Shown here: in pieces, positions 27,947 to 36,247 of the stretch
Position numbering within the stretch: position 1 is the stretch's first letter
Layout of the letters: every line of letters begins with the position of its first letter
Assembly: GCA_044352805.1 (NCBI GenBank)
Contig: JBILDB010000001.1
Span: forward strand, 1 to 40,208
Direction: 5' to 3'
Length of the DNA stretch: 40,208 nt
Origin: Cyanobium sp.
GTDB taxonomy: Bacteria > Cyanobacteriota > Cyanobacteriia > PCC-6307 > Cyanobiaceae
Position numbers and translations under genes: made by a program
The notes under the pieces: model-generated
Seen by the model: the letters and a program-made list of their open reading frames with translations, nothing else
Told to the model about the DNA's origin: nothing
Database searches by the model: none

Positions 27947-28525
27947 TTGAGGCGTGTCTTCTTCCTGCGTCGGCTGTTACCAGGCTTGGGGCTGGGATTG
28001 GTCCTCTGGTGGTTTTGGCCCCGGAGCCCCACGCCGAAAACAGCAGGTGGCCCCCAAGTCATCACCGTTTTTGTCGAGGATCCCTGGCGAACCTTCAGCG
28101 CCATCCAACTGCACCAAAGACGACCGGGCTCGATTCTGGTTATGCAAGGATCCCCACGATTTCAGGAGATCAACTATAGACAACTTGTGCGTTATGGGCA
28201 GTGGCCACCTGAGATGAAGCCTCCAGTGATTCTCACCGCGGGTTGCGACACCTTTGGTCAGTTGACTACTCTCGCTCTCTGGTTGACTAACCAACCTGGC
28301 CATGGTGATGTGACTATTGTTACCAGTCCTGCCCACCTTGGACGTGCCGTGGCTATTGGGCGCATCGTTTTGGGTTCCCTGGGGTGGTCGGTTACCGGGT
28401 TCGCCGCTGCCACGGGAGATAATCGTCCGGAAACTCTCTTGCGAACGCTCCGTGACCAGATCCGTGCCCAGATCTGGCGATCTACCCGCTGGAATCCCAT
28501 CCCTGTGAATCGTCCCTGTCTGTGA
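27947..28525 (+). CDS. YdcF/DUF218 (ElyC/SanA-like) protein
   Basis: N-terminal TM segment, then CDTFGQL, IVTSPAHLGRAVAIGRIV and RPE..LR..RD motifs. TTG start. Confidence 0.75.
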   Translation: MRRVFFLRRLLPGLGLGLVLWWFWPRSPTPKTAGGPQVITVFVEDPWRTFSAIQLHQRRPGSILVMQGSPRFQEINYRQLVRYGQWPPEMKPPVILTAGCDTFGQLTTLALWLTNQPGHGDVTIVTSPAHLGRAVAIGRIVLGSLGWSVTGFAAATGDNRPETLLRTLRDQIRAQIWRSTRWNPIPVNRPCL

Positions 28526-29451
28526 CTCTGCCCGCTGCGCTGCTTTTGTTCCTTTCAGGATTGCTATCGTGGTTGTTGCTTTGGTGGCTCGTCCCGGTGC
28601 TGAGCAAGCGCCTTCCTGACATCCCCAATGCCCGTAGTTCGCATCGCTCCCCGACTCCTCGCGGTGGCGGCCTAGCCTTTGTTGTTGTAGCAACTCTGCT
28701 GACCCCATTGTTTGCTCAAGGAGCCACTGCTTGGATTCCTGTGGTTTGCGCCCCACTGGCCTTGGTTGGGGTTCTGGATGACCGTTTTAATTTGCCAGCT
28801 TTATGGCGTTATCTAGCTCAAATCTTGACAGCGATGGCTCTAATAGCAATGGCCACTTTGCCTATGCCCTTGTGGAGCTTGCCCTTGGTATTAGTAATGA
28901 TCACCGCTATCATCAATTTTTTCAATTTCATGGATGGTCTTGATGGCCTTGTATCTAGTTGTGGTGCTGTCTTGATGTTGGCATCGGGCCAATGGATTCT
29001 TGCCGGTGCACTTTTGGGATTTTTGCTTTGGAATTGGAGTCCAGCCCGAATTTTCATGGGCGATGTTGGAAGCACATATTTAGGAGCGGTTTTTGCAGGG
29101 CTATTGCTACAGATGCAGCAACCCCTTCAAGCCCTACTTCTTTTATTGGTCGCCACGCCCCTCTTGGCTGATGCGTTTATTTGTGTCTTGAGGCGTTGGC
29201 ACGTTGGTCAGCAAATTTTTCAGGCCCATCGTTTGCATCTTTACCAACGTCTTCATAGCGCTGGCTGGCCCCATGCAAGGGTAAGTCTTCTTTACTTGCT
29301 CACGACTACTTTGTTAGCTTTTGGTTTTTTCTACGTTCTGCCTTTGCCAACCATGGTGGGGGCCGTGCTTGCGGTACTTGGTCTTGGATTATGGCTGGAT
29401 CAAAAGCAAGCAACTTCCTTTTCAGGTACGGCTGCAAAGGATGCATGCTAA
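28522..29451 (+). CDS. Undecaprenyl-phosphate HexNAc-1-phosphate transferase (MraY/WecA/WbpL family), initiating enzyme
   Basis: Motifs DIPNARSSHRSPTPRGGG, GVLDD, NFFNFMDGLDGL, WNWSPARIFMGDVGS and AHRLHLYQRL. Confidence 0.92.
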   Translation: MTLPAALLLFLSGLLSWLLLWWLVPVLSKRLPDIPNARSSHRSPTPRGGGLAFVVVATLLTPLFAQGATAWIPVVCAPLALVGVLDDRFNLPALWRYLAQILTAMALIAMATLPMPLWSLPLVLVMITAIINFFNFMDGLDGLVSSCGAVLMLASGQWILAGALLGFLLWNWSPARIFMGDVGSTYLGAVFAGLLLQMQQPLQALLLLLVATPLLADAFICVLRRWHVGQQIFQAHRLHLYQRLHSAGWPHARVSLLYLLTTTLLAFGFFYVLPLPTMVGAVLAVLGLGLWLDQKQATSFSGTAAKDAC

Positions 29452-29622
29452 AATATTTTAAAATTGCATCTCCGTTCAAGGCTGCTCCCTAGCAACCCGA
29501 CTTTGATGACAGCTTGTCTTCACATATTTTCATGTCTTGTTCCAGTCGCCCATACAGATCTTTCTGTAGTATTTCAACCTATTTTTTATTAACTCTATAA
29601 ATTTGCCTTATTAATTATTCCC
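29440..29622 (+). promoter_or_regulatory. AT-rich intergenic region, probable internal promoter for the capD-crtA module, with palindrome TAAAATATTTTA
   Basis: A 171-bp gap, the longest in the otherwise tightly coupled run. Perfect 12-bp palindrome at 29449-29460, nested in GATGCA/TGCATC. Confidence 0.35.
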
Positions 29623-31596
29623 ATGTCCTACAATTTTCTCCCCTCAACAGTCGAGTCGCTAGAGTCGCCCAATATCTTGTTTGAATCCAACTCACCATTG
29701 CGCGAAATCCGTTTGCTTAAATCTTCTAGGTCCTTGGTCTTGCTGCGGCGTTTGGTTCTGCTTGGCTTTGACAGTTTACTAATTGTTGTTGCTTTTCTTG
29801 GCTCACTGCTTTTAGTCAGATCGCCAGAAACCCTTTTTATAGCTACATCTAAGCTTCTTCCTGTCGCAGTTGCAAGTGGCCTTTCGATCTTACTTATTTC
29901 TGGTTGGTATCGAGGTTTAACTCGTTATGCCGGGAGTCATTCTCTGTACGGGTTGATTCCAAGAACCGCATCAATGGTTGTATTGATGATGGCCTTCAGT
30001 TTTTTATTGGCTATCAAGTTGCCGCTTGGTTCTTGGTTTCTATACTGGATTTTCTTTACCGGTGGAGCGATCGCCACTCGAATTGTCATGCGTGATTTGT
30101 TAATTCAGCAATTATCACGTCAAAATTTCATTCAGTCTGCTGAACCTGGCAAAAATGCAACTATGATTTATGGTGCGGGTTCGTTTGGTATGGAGTTATT
30201 TACTGCTCTTCGCAATGATCCAAGGTTTCGTATTATTGGATTCTTGGACGATAATTCTGTTTTACATGGACGGACCCTTCAGAATCTAAGCATAGATAAT
30301 CCAGCTCGATTGCCAGCACTTATTGAGCGTCACAATATACGTAAAATTCTCTTGGCTTTGCCTTCAATATCAAGAGCTCGCAAACGTTTATTAGTCGATC
30401 AGTTAACTCATTCTGGACTTGAGGTTCTTTCTATTCCCTCTTTATCCCAGTTGGCGGGAAAGGAGAGAATTGTTAGCGATCTTCAAACGGTTGCTATTGA
30501 AGATTTGCTGGGGCGTGAACCGTCTATTCCAGATCCAATGCTTTTAAAAGCAAGTGTTGTTGGGAAGGTAGTTCTTGTAACTGGAGCTGGTGGCTCGATC
30601 GGAAGTGAGCTTTGTCGTCAAATAGTTTCTTTGGGAGCATCAAAGTTACTTCTATTAGAGCAAAATGAATTTTCGCTTTATGCCATAGACAATGAGTTAC
30701 GGTCTAAGAATAAATCAGCTCTCATCTATCCCATCTTAGGAGATGTAAGTAATTCTACACCTTTAACAGCCCTTTGCATTAAACACGGTGTGCAAACCTT
30801 GTTCCATGCTGCAGCTTATAAGCATGTTCCTATGGTAGAATCAAATATCTGTGCAGGTGTATCTAACAATATACGCTCGACTAGATCAGTTATTGATGCT
30901 GTTCTTTCAGCTAGAGTTGAAAGGCTAACACTTATTTCTACAGATAAAGCAGTGAGGCCAACCAATGCCATGGGAGCCAGTAAACGCATTTGTGAGATGA
31001 TGATTCAATCTGCCGCATCCTCTTGTGGACCTGATGGTCCAGTAATGGCAATGGTAAGGTTTGGTAATGTGCTGGGATCTTCTGGATCAGTCATTCCATT
31101 GTTCCATAAACAGATTTCTGCGGGCGGACCAGTAACTGTCACCCACCCCGCAGTTACTCGCTATTTTATGACAATCCCTGAAGCCGTTCAGTTAGTATTA
31201 CAAGCCACCGGAATGGCCAAAGGTGGTGATCTCTTCTTGCTTGATATGGGAGAACCTGTGAGAATTGCTGATCTTGCTCGGCAAATGATAGAACTTTCTG
31301 GTCTCCGTTTGCGAGATGAACAAAATCCTGATGGAGATGTTTGCATTGAATATACAGGGCTTAGGCCAGGCGAAAAATTATATGAAGAACTTTTGATTGA
31401 TACTCGCGATCAACCTACTAGTCATCCTCTTATTCGACGAGCTTGTGAACCGAATCCTTCCGATCATCATCTACTTCCTCTTTTAAGTGAGCTTGAAAAT
31501 GCTCTAAGTCGATGGGATGATAGAGATACGTCTGAATTGCTTGTGAGGCTTGTGCCAGAGTACAATAGAGATAACCGCCCGCAAGGAACCGTATAA
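29623..31596 (+). CDS. CapD/WbpM/PglF-type membrane-bound UDP-GlcNAc 4,6-dehydratase
   Basis: Four N-terminal TM segments, then IYGAG, IEDLLGREP, VTGAGGSIGSELCRQ, HAAAYKHVP, ISTDKAVRPTNAMGASKR, VRFGNVLGSSGSV and GLRPGEKLYEEL. Confidence 0.95.
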   Translation: MSYNFLPSTVESLESPNILFESNSPLREIRLLKSSRSLVLLRRLVLLGFDSLLIVVAFLGSLLLVRSPETLFIATSKLLPVAVASGLSILLISGWYRGLTRYAGSHSLYGLIPRTASMVVLMMAFSFLLAIKLPLGSWFLYWIFFTGGAIATRIVMRDLLIQQLSRQNFIQSAEPGKNATMIYGAGSFGMELFTALRNDPRFRIIGFLDDNSVLHGRTLQNLSIDNPARLPALIERHNIRKILLALPSISRARKRLLVDQLTHSGLEVLSIPSLSQLAGKERIVSDLQTVAIEDLLGREPSIPDPMLLKASVVGKVVLVTGAGGSIGSELCRQIVSLGASKLLLLEQNEFSLYAIDNELRSKNKSALIYPILGDVSNSTPLTALCIKHGVQTLFHAAAYKHVPMVESNICAGVSNNIRSTRSVIDAVLSARVERLTLISTDKAVRPTNAMGASKRICEMMIQSAASSCGPDGPVMAMVRFGNVLGSSGSVIPLFHKQISAGGPVTVTHPAVTRYFMTIPEAVQLVLQATGMAKGGDLFLLDMGEPVRIADLARQMIELSGLRLRDEQNPDGDVCIEYTGLRPGEKLYEELLIDTRDQPTSHPLIRRACEPNPSDHHLLPLLSELENALSRWDDRDTSELLVRLVPEYNRDNRPQGTV

Positions 31597-31597
31597 A

Positions 31598-32530
31598 ATG
31601 GATTTCTCTTCAATGCTAAACCTCCTCAAGTCATCTTTGGAGCGTTATGTTCCACCACTCACTACCCGTAACGCTTGGCTGTTTATCGCAGCTACTGTTG
31701 CAATACAAAATATCGTTGTGTTTCATACTAGTCAAAACGATTCAATGACCGTATTTGCTGTTCTGATTTGGGGTGGTGCACTTATTTGTATGGAAGATCT
31801 TATTGATAAATTACACCCTTCACCTAACCCTCTTGCAGCTCTCTTTGCTTCGGCAATCTTGTTGTTAGTGTTGTTCAGAACTTCGCTTATTTTGCATTCA
31901 GATGGAGTTCTTTTTCTTTTGCCACCAATAGCTGCTCTTGCTCTTGTTCTTTTAGTAAAAGAACCCCGATCAATTTATAGGTTCAGAGATTCATTGTTAT
32001 GTGTGTTATTGTTTCCCGCAAACGCGTTACTTAATCGAATTATTCCCGAAGTGCCCATGAGTCTGTTGACCGCTAAACTTGCAGCTTTTTGGTTGTCTAT
32101 TTTGGGACTGGACCCTGTTGTTAATGGTAGAGATGTGTTTCTCAAGGGTGGAGGAGTAACTGTACTAGGTTCTTGTAATGGTCTTGATATGATTGCTCAA
32201 GTGACTTGTATTTCAATTATCTTTTTACTTGCGTTTCGATTGCGATCTATAACTTCACGTTTTTTAATTCTTTCCTTGGCGCCTGTCATTGGACTGCTTT
32301 CTAATACTATTCGTATTGCCTTGCTTACAATATTTAGTGCTAATGGATCGGGCAAGGGTTATGGATTCTGGTTTGACTTTTTTCATGAGGATACAGGATC
32401 TTTGATTTTTTCTGGTTTAGCTGTTTTCATTTTTGGTTCTATTTATATGAGATTACTTGAACATGAACTTGGCCCCGAATCCCTTACTTATGAATCATCC
32501 CAAGATTTTACCTCAAATCAGGATAAATGA
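31598..32530 (+). CDS. crtA: Cyanoexosortase A (exosortase/archaeosortase family transpeptidase)
   Basis: Multi-TM protein with the exosortase Cys-Arg-His triad: VLGSCNGL, NTIRIALL and FFHEDTGSLIFS. ATG 31598 lies 1 nt after the capD stop. Subtype A is assigned from the motifs and the downstream partner gene. Confidence 0.82.
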   Translation: MDFSSMLNLLKSSLERYVPPLTTRNAWLFIAATVAIQNIVVFHTSQNDSMTVFAVLIWGGALICMEDLIDKLHPSPNPLAALFASAILLLVLFRTSLILHSDGVLFLLPPIAALALVLLVKEPRSIYRFRDSLLCVLLFPANALLNRIIPEVPMSLLTAKLAAFWLSILGLDPVVNGRDVFLKGGGVTVLGSCNGLDMIAQVTCISIIFLLAFRLRSITSRFLILSLAPVIGLLSNTIRIALLTIFSANGSGKGYGFWFDFFHEDTGSLIFSGLAVFIFGSIYMRLLEHELGPESLTYESSQDFTSNQDK

Positions 32531-33189
32531 AAATTATTAATCTTCGAAAATTCTATTGCATACTAGCCGTTGTTTCAACCTTGGCAGCGGCTCAGGCAAT
32601 GCTATTTCCTAGACGGCCTCAAGCCTCCAGCATTTCATCGGAAAAGCTGAATCTCTTCATCTCAAATGTTGCCTCTAATGGAAATCCTATTAACTCTACC
32701 ATCATAAAACCAGATCATTCTAACTATAATACCTCTCATTCTCCAGTTGTTGCTCTTAAGGTTAATTCAAGTTCTAGTTTGTTTTTGACAAATACTCAAG
32801 TGAGAGATCGAGCTGATTTTAGCTTGTCTTTTATTACTGACTCAATTACATCTCTTAAACTTGGTGGGTCTGCTATTAAAAGTAAACAACCTCCCTTTTC
32901 TCTTTCTGAGCAAACCAAGGCAGGGACGACTTTTCAGACATGTTTTGTTTCAGGTAATTCCTTGACATCCAATTTCGGTTTCAGTCAAGATCAGCTCAGT
33001 TTGGCAGTTGATCAACTCAAATCTACCGAAGATAATCTTGGTCTTAAACGCTTTTTAGGGTTGAGCCCAAGCCGTCGTTATCAATGCATGCTAGTCACAC
33101 TTAAATCAACATTGCCTCGCCAAGAAAGCTACCAGCTATGGCTTGATCTTCTTAATAAGCTTCAAATAGCATTTAACTACAAAAATTAG
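32527..33189 (+). CDS. Probable cyanoexosortase A system-associated protein
   Basis: ATGA-coupled to the exosortase. N-terminal signal/anchor and a soluble domain with two Cys motifs (FQTCFVSG, YQCMLVTL) and a C-terminal Trp-containing helix, matching the layout of CrtA partner proteins. Confidence 0.55.
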   Translation: MKIINLRKFYCILAVVSTLAAAQAMLFPRRPQASSISSEKLNLFISNVASNGNPINSTIIKPDHSNYNTSHSPVVALKVNSSSSLFLTNTQVRDRADFSLSFITDSITSLKLGGSAIKSKQPPFSLSEQTKAGTTFQTCFVSGNSLTSNFGFSQDQLSLAVDQLKSTEDNLGLKRFLGLSPSRRYQCMLVTLKSTLPRQESYQLWLDLLNKLQIAFNYKN

Positions 33190-33194
33190 TCATC

Positions 33195-33731
33195 ATGTTA
33201 TTCTGGAATAAGCGTCAAAAAAATTTAAACAACCAAAGCAAGCTTATCTCGCCTGAGGATCTTTTATACAGTCAGCCTTTACCATATAGTTGGATTTTGA
33301 ATCATCAGTTGGCCATAGGACCAATGCCCAGAAGATCTTTTCAATGGAAGCAATTGGAAGATGTAGGATTTAAGACCAGATTTAGCTGCTGCTACCCGCA
33401 AGAAAATGTTTTTGCTCCGATACCAAGCGATTGGTCTTCGGCGAATGTTTCTTTGCCTGATCACCGACAACAGGAATTATTAGATATTGACAAACTTTCA
33501 TTAGCATTAACTACTGCAGAGAAGTTAGTTGTATCGTCTGCACCTGTTTACCTTCACTGTTTTGCTGGACAAGAAAGATCTTCTTTGTTAGCAGTAGGAT
33601 TAACTTCAAAGTTTAAAAACATTGACGTCTTCTCATCTTTAGAATGGGTTAGAAGGTGTCACCCAATTGCTGCACCAAGTTATGAGTATCTTGAAATGCT
33701 TGAAAAAATCTTAAAGATAAGTAAAGCATAA
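33195..33731 (+). CDS. Dual-specificity (CX5R) protein phosphatase
   Basis: P-loop VYLHCFAGQERS, general-acid loop LPDHR and N-terminal LAIGPMPR. Confidence 0.88.
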   Translation: MLFWNKRQKNLNNQSKLISPEDLLYSQPLPYSWILNHQLAIGPMPRRSFQWKQLEDVGFKTRFSCCYPQENVFAPIPSDWSSANVSLPDHRQQELLDIDKLSLALTTAEKLVVSSAPVYLHCFAGQERSSLLAVGLTSKFKNIDVFSSLEWVRRCHPIAAPSYEYLEMLEKILKISKA

Positions 33732-33735
33732 ATAC

Positions 33736-33770
33736 AAAGTATTAGTTTCACAACTCTAATATTTTATTTT
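33736..33770. terminator. Possible bidirectional AT-rich terminator between the convergent phosphatase and wzc genes
   Basis: AAAGTATTAG (33736-33745) pairs with CTAATATTTT (33756-33765) with one G-U pair, followed by T-rich sequence. Confidence 0.35.
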
Positions 33771-36247
33771 TGTCCACGACGGAATATCTTTGGTATCCAG
33801 GTATTTTTTTCTGATTTTTTAGCCTTCTTAATCAGAGTAGATTTTGATTGATCAAGATTGATTGGTTTTGTAGAGTCTGATCTATCCCCCTCCTTGTCTT
33901 TCTCATTGCTAGTTACTTCCGCATTAATATAGCGTCCAAGTCCAGCATTTTTATTGGCGTAGCTATCCGTGTAGGCATAAGCATAGTGGTAATAATATCC
34001 ATATTCATAGCCATAGTCATTGAGGCGGCTTGGGAAATTAACTTGATTGCATATTACGCCTAACAGGTCAACGCCAGTTGCTTTGATGCGACGTGATGCT
34101 TGCGGGGCAAGAATTCGACTTCCTTTGCCGAGACCAATCAGAAAAAGAATCCCATCTAGTTTTTCACCCAGTAGAATTGGATCGGATAGCATTGAACATG
34201 GTGGTGTGTCAAAGAGAATTATATCATAGTCTGTCATTGCTCTTAATTCATTAACTACCTCGGCACACCTGTTTGAATTCAGAAGTTTTGCAGGATCGGG
34301 TGGTTTAGGGCCGGCCGGGAGTACATCAAGATTGTCTTGAATTTTAATTACTAGAGAACTAATTGAGATATTTGAGTTAGATAGAATTGAAGAGAAGCCT
34401 TCTTCACCGGAAGCAATGCCAAAATATCGAGTTTGCATTGGCAAACGCATGTCAGCATCTACAACGAGAACTTTTAGGCCAAGATCTGATAGTGTACGTG
34501 CAAAAATACAAACTGATGTTGATTTACCTTCGCCCTGACTTGAGGATGTAACGCCTACTAGTCTGATGTTATGGTCAGCTCTTAATAGGCGGAAAGTGGT
34601 GAAGAGACTTCGTAAGGATTCTTTGATTGCAAACCTTTCGCTGGCAGACATCTTGGATATGCTTGTAGTAACATCTACTCCAGGCTCTAAAGGTAGATAT
34701 GGAATTAGACCCAATACAGGCAGCTGTAGTTCTTTTTCAACTTCCATGGGAGTATGGTAAACATTATCTGTTTTTTCACGAAGCATTGCAGCCCCTACGC
34801 CAGAAAGCAATCCAAGTAATAGGGCTTGAAGAATACTTCTTTTAATGTCAGGCTGTACTGGGGTTTCTCCAAAAGTAGGCGGAGAGATGATTTGCCAAGG
34901 AGTTATAAAGCGTGAACGCTCAAGCCTGAAATTTTCTCTAGCCCTGAGATAAGAAGTGTAATTGTTTCTTGCGTCGGTTAGCTTGGATACAATCTTCTCG
35001 TATTCTTTTAAGATTTTTGGACTATTTTTAAAATTGCGGTTGTAGAGCATGATTTGTCTGTTGACTTCGTCTTGCTGAGACTTATTGGCAAATAACTGTG
35101 CGCGAATAGCGTCTGCTTTTTGTGATTCTACAACTGGAAGTAGTGCATTTTTTCTGGCTAGAATTGATTGAACAATAGGCGAGTCTTCTTTGTAGGTTGC
35201 TCTAGCTTGGGCGAGTTGCGTCTCGAACTCATTAAGCTGGTCTGAAGGTGTCTTGACTTGATCTGTACTGCCGTCTGTTTTTTCTTGTCTGCCTGGTATA
35301 AGTGTGCTATTATCACCTAATTGATTAAGGGCGGATGGGGCGCCACTCGGGGTAAATGATAGTTGGCCTGACTTGACAGAGTTGAGATTACTTTCTAGTT
35401 GGGCCTGTTCAAGTTGTAGTTTTTGCCACTCATTGGCTAGATCATTACGGCGAGTTTCAATTGTGGATACCATGGCAAGTGGATCCATCATTTTATTTGT
35501 TTCACGGAAGTTGCTGAGCTGGTTTTCAAGTGTGGCTACCTCCCGTAAGATTGCGGGAGCTTGCTCGTCAAGATATTTGACACCTGAATTGATAGTTGCT
35601 TGGCGCTGGGAGAGAGAAAAAGCAACATAGTCGTTGGCTAATGCGGAAAGCACAGCTTTGCCTTTTGTCGGGTCTGGCCAGCGCAGATCAACTTGAATTA
35701 CGTTTTGAACGCCTGCCGTATCCATACTGAGATTTTTGGCTATCTCTTCGTTCGATAAACCAAGTCTAGTTGCGACTGGGGATGTTAAAAAGGGACTGCG
35801 TAAGAGTACCATCAGGCTAGGGACATCAATTTTTTGCTTATATCTTGCAACTGCTTCTATCTTGCCTCCATCTCCTGCTACTGGCGAATTATTTTCATCA
35901 AACGGGCTGCTTATTTGCAGCATGAAGGATCCTTGGTAAACAGGGCTGAATATGCGTTCTCGAATTGTATTCAGGGCTAGGGCGCCAGAGACAAGTGCAG
36001 AAGTGAAAAGAAAAAGGGTTTGTCTGCGTTTGATAGTGCGCAGCAAGTTTTGGATACCACTTTCTTTGCTTTCACCAGAGAATGGCGATAAGGCTTGTTG
36101 ACCTTGCTCTGCAGGTCTGCTTTCCATGCCTGGGGTACCCAGGGGTACAAGTCCACCCAACGTTGGGTCACCCCCGGGTGCTGGAAGCAGGGGCGCACCG
36201 GCTCGGGTCACGGCAGATCGTCTCAGATGATTCGATAGTAGGACCAA
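33764..36247 (-). CDS. wzc: Polysaccharide co-polymerase / tyrosine autokinase (Wzc/GumC)
   Basis: Two TM segments flank a coiled-coil periplasmic domain. Walker A SSSQGEGKST, Walker A' VVDADMR, Walker B ILFDTPP, and C-terminal Tyr cluster YGYEYGYYYHYAYAY. Start is uncertain (TTG 36247 or ATG 36127). Confidence 0.93.
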   Translation of the reverse strand: MVLLSNHLRRSAVTRAGAPLLPAPGGDPTLGGLVPLGTPGMESRPAEQGQQALSPFSGESKESGIQNLLRTIKRRQTLFLFTSALVSGALALNTIRERIFSPVYQGSFMLQISSPFDENNSPVAGDGGKIEAVARYKQKIDVPSLMVLLRSPFLTSPVATRLGLSNEEIAKNLSMDTAGVQNVIQVDLRWPDPTKGKAVLSALANDYVAFSLSQRQATINSGVKYLDEQAPAILREVATLENQLSNFRETNKMMDPLAMVSTIETRRNDLANEWQKLQLEQAQLESNLNSVKSGQLSFTPSGAPSALNQLGDNSTLIPGRQEKTDGSTDQVKTPSDQLNEFETQLAQARATYKEDSPIVQSILARKNALLPVVESQKADAIRAQLFANKSQQDEVNRQIMLYNRNFKNSPKILKEYEKIVSKLTDARNNYTSYLRARENFRLERSRFITPWQIISPPTFGETPVQPDIKRSILQALLLGLLSGVGAAMLREKTDNVYHTPMEVEKELQLPVLGLIPYLPLEPGVDVTTSISKMSASERFAIKESLRSLFTTFRLLRADHNIRLVGVTSSSQGEGKSTSVCIFARTLSDLGLKVLVVDADMRLPMQTRYFGIASGEEGFSSILSNSNISISSLVIKIQDNLDVLPAGPKPPDPAKLLNSNRCAEVVNELRAMTDYDIILFDTPPCSMLSDPILLGEKLDGILFLIGLGKGSRILAPQASRRIKATGVDLLGVICNQVNFPSRLNDYGYEYGYYYHYAYAYTDSYANKNAGLGRYINAEVTSNEKDKEGDRSDSTKPINLDQSKSTLIKKAKKSEKNTWIPKIFRRGQK

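Noticed and set aside
27977-28756. 259-aa minus-strand ORF
   Set aside because: It is antisense to two well-supported genes in GC-rich DNA and has no recognisable motifs, so it is a shadow ORF.
30067-30074. HIP1 octamer GCGATCGC
   Set aside because: I noticed only this isolated copy, with no visible enrichment to interpret.
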